A stretch of 64,000 bases of DNA from the NCBI GenBank assembly GCA_964016885.1, contig OZ024740.1:261330001-261394000 (forward strand), given 5' to 3'. The DNA comes from Eledone cirrhosa (Eukaryota). The first letter of the stretch is position 1; the number at the start of each line of letters is the position of its first letter. A program made the position numbers and the translations under genes. The notes under the pieces are model-generated. The model was given only the letters and a program-made list of their open reading frames with translations. It did no database searches and had not been told where the DNA came from. Shown piece by piece: positions 63,056 to 64,000 of this stretch.

Positions 63056-64000
63056 ACCATCATCATCATCATACGCCTGCTTTTCCATGCTTGCACAGGT
63101 GGGACGGGTCCTCTTCAGCACAGCATCTTTCCATTCGCTTGTCACCTCCTCTGCGAGCTTAAGCGATCTGAGGTCAGCTCTCACCACCTCCGCCCATGTT
63201 TTTTGTGGTCTTCTTCTACTGCGTCTTCCTTCCACCCGGGATTTCCTGGCACTTCTTCACCCAGAGGTCATCTTCCATGCGCATCACATGTCCATACCAT
63301 CTCAGTCTTCTCTCCCGCACACCACAACTTATCCCTCTTATACACAGTTTCTCTCTCAATTCGTCTATGCTTGATCTTTCATGCACATTGACATTGCTGC
63401 ACATGTCTCACTACTATGCAACATTGCACATCTCAGACAGGTATCATATAACTGACTTTTCGTTTGTAGGGAGAAACCCTTTGTTGTCAACAGAGGAGGC
63501 AGCTCCCTAAACTTCTTCCATCCTGTCCTTAGTCTAGATATTATGGTCTCAGAGCATCCTCCTCCCTTGCTAATCTGATTACCTAGATATCGGAAGCTTT
63601 CAACCACCTCTATAGATCCTAGCTGCATTTGAAAAAATGTGCCTATCACTGATGCTTCTACTATCAATTTTCCTTGAACATCCACTACATATGAAGTTTT
63701 CCTTTGCTGTTAGTTTGCCTGCTATCCCACTACACCTCTTGTGTACCCATTATCTGCATTGTGTACATTCTATAGAGTTTATGTCAACTCCTTTTCTGCA
63801 TATTGAACATAGCCATTTCGCTGAAGGAATAAGAGTCTTGTCCTCTTTCCTGCTTATTCTTTAGTCTTTACTAGGTTTACTCTCAGTCCATTTGATTCTA
63901 ACTCCTGTTTCCACAGCCGGAATTTATTCTCTAGCTTCTCTATTGATTCTGCTATAGGTACCAGATCGTCAGCATAGAAAAGTTCTCATGGGCAGCCAGT
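63056..64000 (-). mobile_element. RTE LINE 3' portion
   Basis: Minus strand WELFYADDL, SFRYLG, RLRWYGHVMRM; (CAT)n tail at 63056-63071. Confidence 0.9.

Overview
AT-rich, repeat-dense animal genomic DNA, probably from an octopus-like cephalopod (inferred from KRAB-less tandem C2H2 genes and the SINE and RTE families present). Host genes: three paralogous C2H2 zinc-finger genes with 10, 15 and 9 fingers (8302-9207 +, 13805-15139 -, 26372-27202 -) that share two predicted non-coding 5' exons, and five exons of a purine nucleoside phosphorylase (PNP) gene (43902-62989 +, last exon outside the window). The rest is mostly mobile DNA: a full-length but decayed Ty3/Gypsy element with TG...AA LTR ends, Penelope-like (GIY-YIG) elements, CRE-like RLE LINE fragments, many RTE LINE pieces with 48-bp tandem arrays, Helitrons, mariner MITEs and tRNA-derived SINEs. 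The most striking unexplained pattern is a set of short fold-back inserts, mostly next to (TA)n tracts, carrying type I hammerhead ribozyme motifs. These include variant-core and long-stem-II forms, and several lie in the sense strand of host introns. All calls come from reading the sequence by eye; repeat boundaries are approximate.
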